54,980 bases of DNA from an uncultured Anaerolineales bacterium (GCA_964589145.1 CAZPSL010000213.1:1-54980); one strand, 5' to 3'. Shown: positions 25,284-35,767, counted from the first letter of the stretch. The notes: generated from the letters alone by a model not told the origin. Numbers and translations are program-made.

Positions 25284-26408
25284 ATGCCCCGCATCGCTCT
25301 CATCCCTCAGGTTCATGGCGTCGGTGGAATGGTCTCGTTCCGGGCCAAATTCACCGCCGCACTGGAAGCGCGCGGCATCGAAATTGTGCCGCTCCCGCGC
25401 CTCACGGCGCGCGATTCCCTGCTCATCATCGGCGGCACGCGTGACCTGCCCGCCCTGTGGCGCGCCAAACGCCGCGGCGTGCGGATTGTCCAGCGCCTGG
25501 ACGGGATGAACTGGCTGCACCGAAAACTGCCCACCGGCGTGCGTCACTACCTGCGGGCGGAGTACGGCAACCTGATTTTGCGGCTCATCCGCAATCGCTT
25601 TGCCGACCACATCGTTTACCAAAGCGAATTTTCCCGCCGCTGGTGGGAGCGCGTCCACGGCGCAGCCCCCGTGCCCCATTCCATCGTTTACAACGCGGTT
25701 GACCTCAGCATCTACACCCCTAACCCCCTAACTCCTAACTCCTTATCCCCCAACCTTCAACCTTCAACTTTCAACCCTCACCGCATCCTCCTCGTCGAAG
25801 GCTCCCTCACCGGCGGCTACGAACTCGGCCTGGAGACCGCCATCCGCCTCGTGGAACGCCTGAACACCCTTCACCGTGCCGACCTCGCTTCCATCGCGCT
25901 GACCGGAGACGAAAACGGTGACAGCCGCCAAAACCGAAGCGCCCGCGCCCCGGATTTCCCCGCCGAACTCGTCATTGCCGGGCGCGTGCCGGACTCCGTC
26001 AAGGAACGCTGGGCGCGGGAGACGGACATCCCCATCACCTGGGCGGGACTCCTGCCCCCGGAACGCATCCCCGACCTCGACCGCTCCGCGCACCTGCTCT
26101 ACGCGGGCGACATCAACGCCGCCTGCCCCAACGCCGTGATCGAAGCCCTGGCGTGCGGCTTGCCTGTGCTCGCCTTCGACACCGGCGCGCTCCCCGAACT
26201 GGTCACCGGCGACGCGGGCCGCATTGTCCCCTACGGCGGCAACCCCTGGAACCTCGATCCGCCCGATGTGGACGCCCTCGCCCGTGCCGCGCTCGAAATT
26301 CTGCGCGGCCAGCCCCGTTTCCGCCGCGCCGCCCGCGCCCGTGCCGAAGCCGCCTTTGCGCTGGACACGATGGTGGACGGGTATTTGCAGACGCTGGGAG
26401 TTTTTTGA
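25284..26408 (+). CDS. GT4-family (GT-B fold) glycosyltransferase with a repeat-encoded interdomain linker
   Basis: 374-aa ORF. The N-terminal Glyco_trans_4-like half and the C-terminal half (EALACGLPVLAFDTGALPELV) are joined by TPNPLTPNSLSPNLQPSTFNPH, which is encoded by a heptamer array. Confidence 0.75.
   Translation: MPRIALIPQVHGVGGMVSFRAKFTAALEARGIEIVPLPRLTARDSLLIIGGTRDLPALWRAKRRGVRIVQRLDGMNWLHRKLPTGVRHYLRAEYGNLILRLIRNRFADHIVYQSEFSRRWWERVHGAAPVPHSIVYNAVDLSIYTPNPLTPNSLSPNLQPSTFNPHRILLVEGSLTGGYELGLETAIRLVERLNTLHRADLASIALTGDENGDSRQNRSARAPDFPAELVIAGRVPDSVKERWARETDIPITWAGLLPPERIPDLDRSAHLLYAGDINAACPNAVIEALACGLPVLAFDTGALPELVTGDAGRIVPYGGNPWNLDPPDVDALARAALEILRGQPRFRRAARARAEAAFALDTMVDGYLQTLGVF
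25717..25781. repeat. Heptamer array (CCTAACY / CAACCTT units) lying in frame inside the GT4 ORF
   Basis: cccctaaccccctaactcctaactccttatcccccaaccttcaaccttcaactttcaaccctcac. Confidence 0.85.
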
Positions 26409-26571
26409 CCACTAAGACTCAAAGACACAAAGAAAAACAAAACTTGGTGCCTTCGTGTCTTCGTGGTGAATCAGCCAAGGACTTGGCGGCACGGTGCATT
26501 GGTCAACCACTAAGACTCAAAGACACGAAGAAGAAAATAAAATCTTGGTGCATTGGTGTCTTCGTGGTGAA
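26407..26571. repeat. Tandem duplication of an about-65-70-nt hairpin-forming unit upstream of the GxxExxY gene
   Basis: Copy 1 (26407-26470) and copy 2 (26505-26571) both read ccactaagactcaaagacac(a/g)aagaa..aaaa..cttggtgc.ttcgtgtcttcgtggtgaa. A third partial copy (ttcgtgtcttggtgtcttcgtggtaaaa) lies at 26983-27010, just after the gene. Confidence 0.8.
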
Positions 26572-26592
26572 CCAAAGAAAGAGAAAACCATC

Positions 26593-26982
26593 ATGTATCC
26601 TCCTTTATCCAGCCGTGAAGAGCAAATCGCTACGGCAATTGTGGATGCAGCCTATCGGGTACATCGTGAACTTGGCCCGGGCTTGCTGGAACGCGTCTAT
26701 GAGGCCTGTTTTTGTTATGAACTGGAACAAAAGGGACTGTACTACCAGCGTCAGGTGGTTGTACCCGTCAAATATCACGGTATGAGTTTTGATGAAGGCT
26801 TCCGGCTTGACGTTTTGGTGGAGAATTTGGTCATCTGTGAACTGAAAGCCGTCGCGGCTCTGCTGCCCGTCCATGAAGCGCAGTTGCTCAGTTACCTGAA
26901 ATTGACGCAAAAACGGCTCGGCTTCCTCATCAATTTCAACGTCCCTGTCATCAAAGAAGGGATCAAACGAAAAATCCGATAA
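26593..26982 (+). CDS. GxxExxY family protein (PD-(D/E)XK-like)
   Basis: ORF trimmed to the ATG at 26593. GPGLLERVYE matches the GxxExxY motif. It is followed by FRLDVLVENLVICELKAV, a D..E.K nuclease-like core. Confidence 0.8.
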   Translation: MYPPLSSREEQIATAIVDAAYRVHRELGPGLLERVYEACFCYELEQKGLYYQRQVVVPVKYHGMSFDEGFRLDVLVENLVICELKAVAALLPVHEAQLLSYLKLTQKRLGFLINFNVPVIKEGIKRKIR

Positions 26983-27001
26983 TTCGTGTCTTGGTGTCTT
27001 C

Positions 27002-27856
27002 GTGGTAAAACAAATCGTTCTGAAACTTGCAATCACGGCTGCCCGCGTGCTCCCCGCGCCCGTCAAACGCGGCATCTACCGCATGGAGCCGCTGGCCCGT
27101 CTGGTGCGCGGGATGCTCAACCGGGCCGCGCCCGCCGCGCCTGCCGAGGTGACTATCGCCGCCGGGGGCGCATCCGGCTTCAAAATGCGCCTCGACCTGC
27201 ACCTCGAAAAGGACTACTGGCTCGGCACCTACGAAACCGACCTGCAAGCCGCCGTCGCCGACCTGATTCGGCCCGGCTGGACGGTGTACGATGTGGGGGC
27301 GAACATCGGCTACGTCACGCTGATTTTGGCGAAGAAGACCGCGCCCGATGGACGGATTTTTGCCTTTGAAGCCCTGCCCGCCAACCTGGAACGGCTCCGC
27401 GCCCATGTGGCGATGAACGGACTGGCCCCGCGGGTGACCGTGGTTCCCAAGGCGGTCACCGATGCCTCGGGGACGGTCCGTTTCCTGGTCGGACCTTCGG
27501 GGGCGATGGGCAAAGCCGAAGGCTCCGCGGGGCGCGAGGGCGTCCATCGGGAGAGCATCGAAGTTCCCGCCGTCTCGCTGGACGATTTCATCTACCGCGA
27601 GGGCAATCCCCCGCCGCAGGCGGTCAAGATGGACATCGAAGGCGGCGAGGTGCTCGCCCTGCGCGGCATGACGCGCCTGCTCACCGGGCATCCTCCGCTG
27701 ATTTTGCTCGAACTGCACGGCCCCGAAGCCGCCCGCGCCGCCTGGGATGCACTGACCGCTGCGGGATACAGCCTCCACCGCATGGTGCGCGGCTACCCCC
27801 GCATCCCCTCGCTGGACGCGCTGGACTGGAAAGCCTATGTGGTTGGGATGAGATGA
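27002..27856 (+). CDS. FkbM-family methyltransferase
   Basis: 284-aa ORF with the SAM-binding block VYDVGANIGYVT and IFAFEALP. The GTG start at 27002 is uncertain; an alternative ATG gives MEPLARL. Confidence 0.78.
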   Translation: MVKQIVLKLAITAARVLPAPVKRGIYRMEPLARLVRGMLNRAAPAAPAEVTIAAGGASGFKMRLDLHLEKDYWLGTYETDLQAAVADLIRPGWTVYDVGANIGYVTLILAKKTAPDGRIFAFEALPANLERLRAHVAMNGLAPRVTVVPKAVTDASGTVRFLVGPSGAMGKAEGSAGREGVHRESIEVPAVSLDDFIYREGNPPPQAVKMDIEGGEVLALRGMTRLLTGHPPLILLELHGPEAARAAWDALTAAGYSLHRMVRGYPRIPSLDALDWKAYVVGMR

Positions 27857-28986
27857 ACGTACAGCGTACAGCGTACTCCGTACATTTCCCCGGAAAACTT
27901 GCCCTTCAGCAGCGCGTCATCCCCGCGTACCGCGCCCCGTTTTTCGATTTGCTGGCTGAATCCTGCAAGGGCGGACTGACGCTGTTCGCCGGGCGGCCGC
28001 TGCCCGTGGAGGGGATTGCCGCCGCCGAGCGATTTCAATTTGTGCGTCTTGTGACTACACGCAATCACCACTTCCGAGACCCGCAATCACCGCTCTACCT
28101 CTGCTGGCAGGCGGGCATTTTGGATTGGCTCGAAGCCACTGACCCCGACGCACTGGTTGTGGAAGCCAACCCCCGCTACCTGAGCACCTACCAGGCCGTG
28201 CGCTGGATGCACCGCCGCGGCAGACCCGTCCTGGGCTGGGGATTGGGCGCGCCGCGCGGCGGCAATCCGCTGGAGCGGAGGGTGCGCCTGAACTTCCTGC
28301 GCGCCCTCGACGGGGTGATTGCCTACTCGCGGCGGGGGGCGGCGGAATACCGTGCCCTGGGGCTGGAACGCGTTTTCGTGGCGCACAACGCCGTCAGCCC
28401 CCGCCCCGCCGCGCCGCCCCCGGTGCGGGACATCCCCGCGGACGGGCGGGGTACGGTACTCTTTGTAGGACGGCTGCAAGCCCGAAAACGGCTGCCCCTC
28501 CTGATGCGGGCCTGCGCCGCGCTCCCCAGGGAGATGCAGCCGCGCCTCGTCATCGTCGGAGATGGCCCGGAATCCGCCCGTCTTCAGGCGCTGGCATCCG
28601 AGATTTATCCCCAGACCGAGTTCGCAGGCGCAAAACACGGGGTGGAACTGGAACCTTACTTCGCCGCCGCGGATTTGTTCGTCCTGCCGGGGACGGGCGG
28701 GCTGGCGGTGCAGCAGGCGATGGCGCACGCCCTGCCGGTGATTGTGGCGCAGGGCGACGGCACGCAGGATGACCTGGTGCGCCCGGAGAACGGCTGGCAA
28801 ATCCCGCCCGGCGACCTGGATGCCCTGACCGCCGCCCTGCACGCCGCTCTCTCGGATTGGCCCCGTCTGCGGGCGATGGGGGCGGAATCCTACCGCATTG
28901 TGGCGGAAGAAATCAACATCGAGACGATGGCCGCCGCCTTTGTAAACGCACTTTGCATTTCAAAGGTGAAAGTCCTGGAGGCATGA
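27853..28986 (+). CDS. GT4-family glycosyltransferase
   Basis: 377-aa ORF whose ATG overlaps the upstream stop (ATGA). C-terminal EFAGAKHG..L..YFAAADLFVLPG.GGLAVQQAMAHALPVIV block. The first codons are encoded by a CGTACAG heptamer array (27857-27885). Confidence 0.78.
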   Translation: MNVQRTAYSVHFPGKLALQQRVIPAYRAPFFDLLAESCKGGLTLFAGRPLPVEGIAAAERFQFVRLVTTRNHHFRDPQSPLYLCWQAGILDWLEATDPDALVVEANPRYLSTYQAVRWMHRRGRPVLGWGLGAPRGGNPLERRVRLNFLRALDGVIAYSRRGAAEYRALGLERVFVAHNAVSPRPAAPPPVRDIPADGRGTVLFVGRLQARKRLPLLMRACAALPREMQPRLVIVGDGPESARLQALASEIYPQTEFAGAKHGVELEPYFAAADLFVLPGTGGLAVQQAMAHALPVIVAQGDGTQDDLVRPENGWQIPPGDLDALTAALHAALSDWPRLRAMGAESYRIVAEEINIETMAAAFVNALCISKVKVLEA

Positions 28987-29000
28987 CGTTCCCTACAGAG

Positions 29001-29368
29001 AAAGTGCAGGCAAATGGTGCAGAAAAATTGTCATCTACGAACAAACCATGTCGTTTTGGAACCCCATCCCCCCCTATGTCTCCTCTCACCCTTCGGGCAG
29101 GCTTCGCACTCCCCAAGGAAGGGGGGATTGGACTTTTCGGTGCGTGTGCGGCGCACACACACCTGACGAACACGCCCCTCCCCAAAATTTCCGTTTGGTT
29201 CCCCTCTTCCACAGGGAGAGGGGAGAGGGTAGGGGGAGGGGTCGGGGGTGGGGTGTTCGGTGCTTGTCCTGTTCGCAAAATGAAGACTGGCAGTCCTGGC
29301 AGGACTGCCAGTCTTGTGTGCGGGGCGAGGGAAACACATAGGAATTTCTACAACATTTGCCTGCACCC
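29001..29368. mobile_element. Largest (368 bp) composite MITE-like element with a perfect 8-bp target-site duplication
   Basis: Ends are aaagtgcaggcaaatggtgcagaaa ... tttctacaacatttgcctgcaccc. It is flanked by ctacagag at 28993-29000 and 29369-29376. It contains all hairpin modules, including the 29-nt palindrome at 29285-29313. Confidence 0.88.
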
Positions 29369-29419
29369 CTACAGAGAGTTGCTATGCACAAAGTTCGAAA
29401 CAGGTGATAAGATTCTGAT

Positions 29420-30322
29420 ATGTGGCACGCCCTGTGGTTATTCATTCGCTTCTCACGCCCGCTGGCACTGCTCGGCGGGATGTTGACCTTTGCATTGGGA
29501 ACGGGAATTGCCCGTTACCTGGGAATTACGCTGAACTGGCATCTGTATTTTTTGGGACAACTATGGACAACCAGCCTGCAATTGTTTGCACACTATTTTG
29601 GCGAGTATTTTCGTCCGCCCGCCATTCCCGCCAGAAATACTCCTTTTTTGCGGCAGAACAGCACACAAGCAGGAAAAAAGGTCCCGCAGCGGGAGGCCGC
29701 CCTGTGGGGAGGCCTGGTCATGCTGACGGCCGCAGCCTCGCTGGCGGTGATGTTGCGTGCTGCCGGAGCGAATTCCACTGCCCTGCTGGTAATGTTCCTC
29801 ATCTTTGCGGCCGGGCTGGTCTACACCGTGCCGCCAATGCGTTTAGCCGAAACCGGTTACGGCGAACTCGTGCTCTCCGTTACTGTTGCCGGGCTTATTC
29901 CGGCGCTGGCTTTCGCGCTGCAAACCGGCGAACTCCACCGGCTGGTGGTAATGAGCACTTTTCCGCTTATTCTGCTTTGCATCGCGATGTACATCGTTTT
30001 CGATCTTCCGGCCTATGCAAACAATCTGAAGCACGAACAACTTACGCTGCTCACACGTTTGGGCTGGCAACGTGCCATGACCCTTCACAACCTGCTGATT
30101 CTGACGGCTTACATCCTGCTGGCAATGGCAATGCGTTTCGGCTTTCCACCGTCAATTGGGCTGCCTGCACTTCTCGCGCTGCCCCTGGGGCTGCTTCAAA
30201 TCTGGTATATGACACGCATCGCCGCCGGAGCAAAGCCTAACTGGGCAATTCTGGGATGGGTGGCTGTCGCCGTATGCGCTGCCACCGCCTATTTGCTGAC
30301 ATTTTCTTTTTGGACAAAGTAA
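29420..30322 (+). CDS. UbiA/MenA-fold membrane protein lacking both Asp-rich motifs
   Basis: 300-aa ORF with about 8-9 TM segments, collinear with the MenA-type layout. It reads LFAHYFGEY where N-D-x-x-D is expected, and LPAYANNLKHEQLTLLTRLG where D-x-x-x-D..G.xTL..RLG is expected. Confidence 0.6.
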   Translation: MWHALWLFIRFSRPLALLGGMLTFALGTGIARYLGITLNWHLYFLGQLWTTSLQLFAHYFGEYFRPPAIPARNTPFLRQNSTQAGKKVPQREAALWGGLVMLTAAASLAVMLRAAGANSTALLVMFLIFAAGLVYTVPPMRLAETGYGELVLSVTVAGLIPALAFALQTGELHRLVVMSTFPLILLCIAMYIVFDLPAYANNLKHEQLTLLTRLGWQRAMTLHNLLILTAYILLAMAMRFGFPPSIGLPALLALPLGLLQIWYMTRIAAGAKPNWAILGWVAVAVCAATAYLLTFSFWTK

Positions 30323-30372
30323 AAAACCGCGCAGAAGGATGCTATTGACTTTTGCAATCTCCACAACCAGGT

Positions 30373-31626
30373 ATGCTTCCTATGACTGAATTTCTCGATC
30401 TTATTCCTCCTGATGATGCCTTACGGTTGATTTTATCAAACATTGAAACGCACCCCATTCCCGAAAGAGTGAACACCGAACAAGCCTTGGGGCGGGTGAC
30501 TGTTTCCGCTATACCGGCCCCTCACCCCCTGCCGGAGTTTCGCCGCTCCACGGTGGACGGCTACGCCGTCCGGGCCGCAGACACCTACGGGGCCAGCGAG
30601 TCCTTGCCAGCCTATCTCAGCCTGGTCGGCGAGGTGCAAATGGGTCAATTTGCGAATTTGACATTGCAGCCGACCGAATGCGCCTTGATTCACACCGGGG
30701 GAATGCTTCCCAAAGGGGCAGACGCCGTTGTGATGGTAGAGCACACCCAACAATCGCGGCCCGGCGAAATCGAAATCCTGCGAGCCGCTGCCGTTGGAGA
30801 AAATATCATCGAAATCGGGGAAGACATCCGTCTGCACGAAACGGTGATCCCTGCGGGAAAACGCATTCGCCCGGCAGAAATCGGCGGGCTGATGGCAATG
30901 GGAATTACACAGATTGATGTGGCGCGCAAACCCAAAATCGGAATCATCTCCTCCGGGGATGAGGTGATTCATCCGTCACAGCACCCATCTCCCGGTCAGG
31001 TACGGGATGTCAACTCCTACACACTGGCAGCAGTCGTCCGGCAGGTTGGAGGAGAACCCATCCAGTATGGCATCATCCCCGATGATCGTGCAGCAATGGA
31101 AAAAGCCGCCCGTCAGGCACATGCCGAATGCGATGCGCTGGTCATCACCGCGGGTTCGTCTGTCAGTGCGCGTGATATGACCGCCGCCGTAATTGATGTG
31201 CTGGGCAAACCGGGCGTGCTGGTGCATGGCGTCAATATCCGCCCCGGCAAGCCGACCATTCTGGGGATTTGCGAGAACAAGCCGGTTATTGGGCTGCCGG
31301 GCAACCCGGTGAGCGCGCTGGTCAATGTTAAAGTGTTTGTCGCCCCCGTAGTGCAGAAATTGCTTGGCGAGCATGTAACCGGGCTGCGCGCAACCGTACA
31401 GGCCAAACTGCTGGTCAATTTGGCATCGGAATCTGGCCGCGAAGAATGGATTCCCGTTCGTTTGTTACCGGCTGGGGACAGATGGGAGGCAGACCCGATT
31501 TTTGGCAAGAGCAATCTGATTTTTACAATGGCACGCGCGGACGGGCTGATCCGGGTTCTGCCCGACGCCACCGGACTTGCCGCAGGAGAAACAGTCGAAG
31601 TACACCTTTCGGGTGTAATTTGTTGA
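30373..31626 (+). CDS. moeA: Molybdopterin molybdenum/tungsten-transferase
   Basis: ORF 30352..31626. Start ambiguous between ATG 30373 and ATG 30382. MoeA blocks: VDGYAVRA, GGMLPKGADAVV, ISSGDEV, ITAGSSVS, PGKP and GLPGNPVSA. Confidence 0.88.
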   Translation: MLPMTEFLDLIPPDDALRLILSNIETHPIPERVNTEQALGRVTVSAIPAPHPLPEFRRSTVDGYAVRAADTYGASESLPAYLSLVGEVQMGQFANLTLQPTECALIHTGGMLPKGADAVVMVEHTQQSRPGEIEILRAAAVGENIIEIGEDIRLHETVIPAGKRIRPAEIGGLMAMGITQIDVARKPKIGIISSGDEVIHPSQHPSPGQVRDVNSYTLAAVVRQVGGEPIQYGIIPDDRAAMEKAARQAHAECDALVITAGSSVSARDMTAAVIDVLGKPGVLVHGVNIRPGKPTILGICENKPVIGLPGNPVSALVNVKVFVAPVVQKLLGEHVTGLRATVQAKLLVNLASESGREEWIPVRLLPAGDRWEADPIFGKSNLIFTMARADGLIRVLPDATGLAAGETVEVHLSGVIC

Positions 31627-31647
31627 CCTGCCGCAATCCGGCGCTGT

Positions 31648-31692
31648 AAAAAAAAGAGTGGCAGCCCTGGCAGGGCTGCCACTCTTTTTTTT
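31648..31692. terminator. Bidirectional rho-independent terminator (variant of the 29-nt palindrome) between moeA and citrate synthase
   Basis: aaaaaaaa gagtggcagccctg g cagggctgccactc tttttttt. Confidence 0.85.
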
Positions 31693-31709
31693 GGTGCTGT
31701 GCAAATCGC

Positions 31710-33011
31710 CTATTTTCCGGCGGCGATGTCTTCAAGCATTTTGGTGGTCAGGGACTTGGGGCGCTCGATGGGCTGACCAAGAGCGCGTGCCCAGACGTAG
31801 TTGGCAGTCACACCCAGGGCGCGGCCGACACCGAACAGTACGGTGTAGAAGTCGAACTCAGTGATGCCATAGTGGTATTGCAGCGTGCCGCTGATGGCAT
31901 CCACATTGGGCCACGGATTCTTGGCTTTGCCCTGCTTCTTCAGCACGGGCGGGACAACCTTGTTCATCACCAGGGCGACCTTGAAGAGTTCGTCATCGGG
32001 GAAGTGCTTCTTGGCAAACTCAAACTGGGCAGTGTAGCGCGGGTCGGGGGTGCGGAGCACGGCGTGTCCGTAACCGGGGATGACCTTGCCGCTGTTGAGG
32101 GTCTCCCAGCAGAAGGCTTCCATCTGCTCTTCGTCCGGTGCGCCGTTGAACTTCTTCTGCACATCCATCAGGAAGGCGAGGCAGTTCTGGTTGGCGAGGC
32201 CGTGCAGCGGACCGGCGAGGCCGTTCATTGCCGCAGAGAAGGCGTAGTACGGGTCGGCCAGGGTGGAACCAACCAGGTGCATGGTATGCGCCGAGACGTT
32301 GCCGCTCTCGTGGTCCGAGTGCAGGATGAAGTACAGACGAGCCAGGTCTTCGTACTCTTTGTTGTCCATGCCCATCATACGGGCGAAATTGGCGCCGTAG
32401 TCCACGTTGGGGTCGTACTTCGGCTCTGCGCCATCCTTGTACTTCAGGCGGTAGATGAAAGCGGCGACCACCCCCAGTTTGGCGGTCAGCGCCATGGCGT
32501 CATCCAGAGCAGGCTTCCAGTAATCGAACTTGCTCATGCCCTTGGCGTATTCGGATGCGAACCTGGATTCGTTTTCCAGTGCCAGCACAGCCTGGGAGAA
32601 GAGCACCATCGGGTGGGTGTCCTTCGGCATGGCGCGCAGCGTATCGAAAACGTATTTGGGGACATCAGCCCGCTGCGCCCATTCCGCTTCGACGGCTTTG
32701 GCTTCCTCTGCGGTGGGGAAATCGCCGGTCATCAGCAGGTAGTACAGGCCGCCGACATAGGGCATCTCCGCGCCTTCGGGCTTGGGGAGTTTCTCCAGCG
32801 TTTCGGGAACGGTATGCCCCCGGAAGCGGATCCCCTCGTTGGGGTCAACGTAGGAAATATCGGTGACGAGGGCTTTCACCCCGCGGATACCGCCGTAAAT
32901 CTGGCGGATGGTGACATCTCCGACAACGGTATCGCCGCTGCCCTTGACAAGTTTGGTGACGCGCTCGCGCCACTCCGGAAGTTGTGCATCAATTTTATCG
33001 TGCAGAATCAT
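31710..33011 (-). CDS. gltA: Citrate synthase
   Basis: 433-aa ORF containing the GYGHAVLR signature and HSDHE.GNVSAHT block. Confidence 0.92.
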   Translation of the reverse strand: MILHDKIDAQLPEWRERVTKLVKGSGDTVVGDVTIRQIYGGIRGVKALVTDISYVDPNEGIRFRGHTVPETLEKLPKPEGAEMPYVGGLYYLLMTGDFPTAEEAKAVEAEWAQRADVPKYVFDTLRAMPKDTHPMVLFSQAVLALENESRFASEYAKGMSKFDYWKPALDDAMALTAKLGVVAAFIYRLKYKDGAEPKYDPNVDYGANFARMMGMDNKEYEDLARLYFILHSDHESGNVSAHTMHLVGSTLADPYYAFSAAMNGLAGPLHGLANQNCLAFLMDVQKKFNGAPDEEQMEAFCWETLNSGKVIPGYGHAVLRTPDPRYTAQFEFAKKHFPDDELFKVALVMNKVVPPVLKKQGKAKNPWPNVDAISGTLQYHYGITEFDFYTVLFGVGRALGVTANYVWARALGQPIERPKSLTTKMLEDIAAGK

Positions 33012-33038
33012 GGTGAGACTCCTTATGGTTTATAGAAT

Positions 33039-33069
33039 CTTTTGTGCGGGCAATATGCCCGCACAAAAG
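33039..33069 (-). terminator. 12-bp hairpin downstream of mdh
   Basis: cttttgtgcggg caatat(g) cccgcacaaaag. The U tract is weak, so the terminator function is tentative. Confidence 0.5.
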
Positions 33070-33075
33070 GAAAGT

Positions 33076-34023
<948 letters not shown>

Positions 34024-34226
34024 TCACTCCTTCGCATGTAGAGAAACTTGAAAAGTAAAAAACAAACAGGGAACAATAACAGTGTACACCCCCATATGAT
34101 GCTCAGCAAGTGAAGAATATCACCTGCAAAATACTACGTTCTAGCCATTTGTCAGTTTGAATCTTTGACACAGAGTCAGGGCTTCTGCGCTAATCATGAA
34201 GTTCCACGCCTTTCATCTGCACCCTA

Positions 34227-34257
34227 CGACTGGCAGTCCTGGCAGGACTGCCAGTCG
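34227..34257. repeat. 29-nt palindrome family, stand-alone copy downstream of trxB
   Basis: cgactggcagtcctg g caggactgccagtcg. Confidence 0.8.
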
Positions 34258-34286
34258 TCAGGCAGCGAAAGATTTTGGGCTTGCGT

Positions 34287-35225
<939 letters not shown>

Positions 35226-35237
35226 TTTTCAATGGAA

Positions 35238-35268
35238 AGACTGGCAGCCCTGGCAGGACTGCCAGTCT
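35238..35268. repeat. 29-nt palindrome family copy with one mismatch
   Basis: agactggcagccctg g caggactgccagtct lies between the trxB start and the groES terminator. Confidence 0.75.
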
Positions 35269-35304
35269 CTGAGATGTTGAGCCTGGATAATTGCGGGAAG
35301 CGTT

Positions 35305-35329
35305 AAAAATGGCAGGCTGAGCCTGCCAT
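35305..35329 (-). terminator. Rho-independent terminator of groES
   Basis: On the minus strand, atggcaggc tca gcctgccat is followed by ttttaa. Confidence 0.75.
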
Positions 35330-35334
35330 TTCAA

Positions 35335-35613
35335 CTATTTGATAATCGCCAGAATGTCGCTGGCATCCATGATGAGATGCTCAACACCATCCAGTTTGAT
35401 TTCGGTGCCGGTGTACTTGGGGAAGAGCACTTTCTGGCCGACTTCCACGGGAATATCGTCTTCTTCATCGCCGATGGCAACCACAATGCCGGTCTGCGGC
35501 TTCTCTTTGGCGGTATCGGGGATGTAGAGACCTGTGCTCGTGCGGCTTTCCTCTTCAACGGGGCGGATCAGAACACGCTCGCCCAGGGGTTGGATGTTGA
35601 TATTTTCAGTCAT
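35335..35613 (-). CDS. groES: Co-chaperonin GroES
   Basis: 92-aa ORF: IQPLGERVLIRPVEEE..T..GLYIPDTAKEKPQTG.VVA.G. Confidence 0.93.
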   Translation of the reverse strand: MTENINIQPLGERVLIRPVEEESRTSTGLYIPDTAKEKPQTGIVVAIGDEEDDIPVEVGQKVLFPKYTGTEIKLDGVEHLIMDASDILAIIK

Positions 35614-35767
35614 GGCTATAATCTCCTTTTCGGTTGGATTTTACGAAACAAGTTTGATCATGCAAGAGTCCACAAATGCGGGTGTGAACGCTATTAATTT
35701 ACCTCATTCCGCGCAAATCGCGTATAAACGTCTTGTAAGAGTTTTGTTAACATTTTTTCAGAATGAC

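Noticed and set aside
25284-26408. GT4 gene as two separate genes split at the repeat array
   Set aside because: The reading frame is continuous through the array and no start codon or RBS follows it, so I kept it as one CDS. The fusion or split possibility is noted as a finding.
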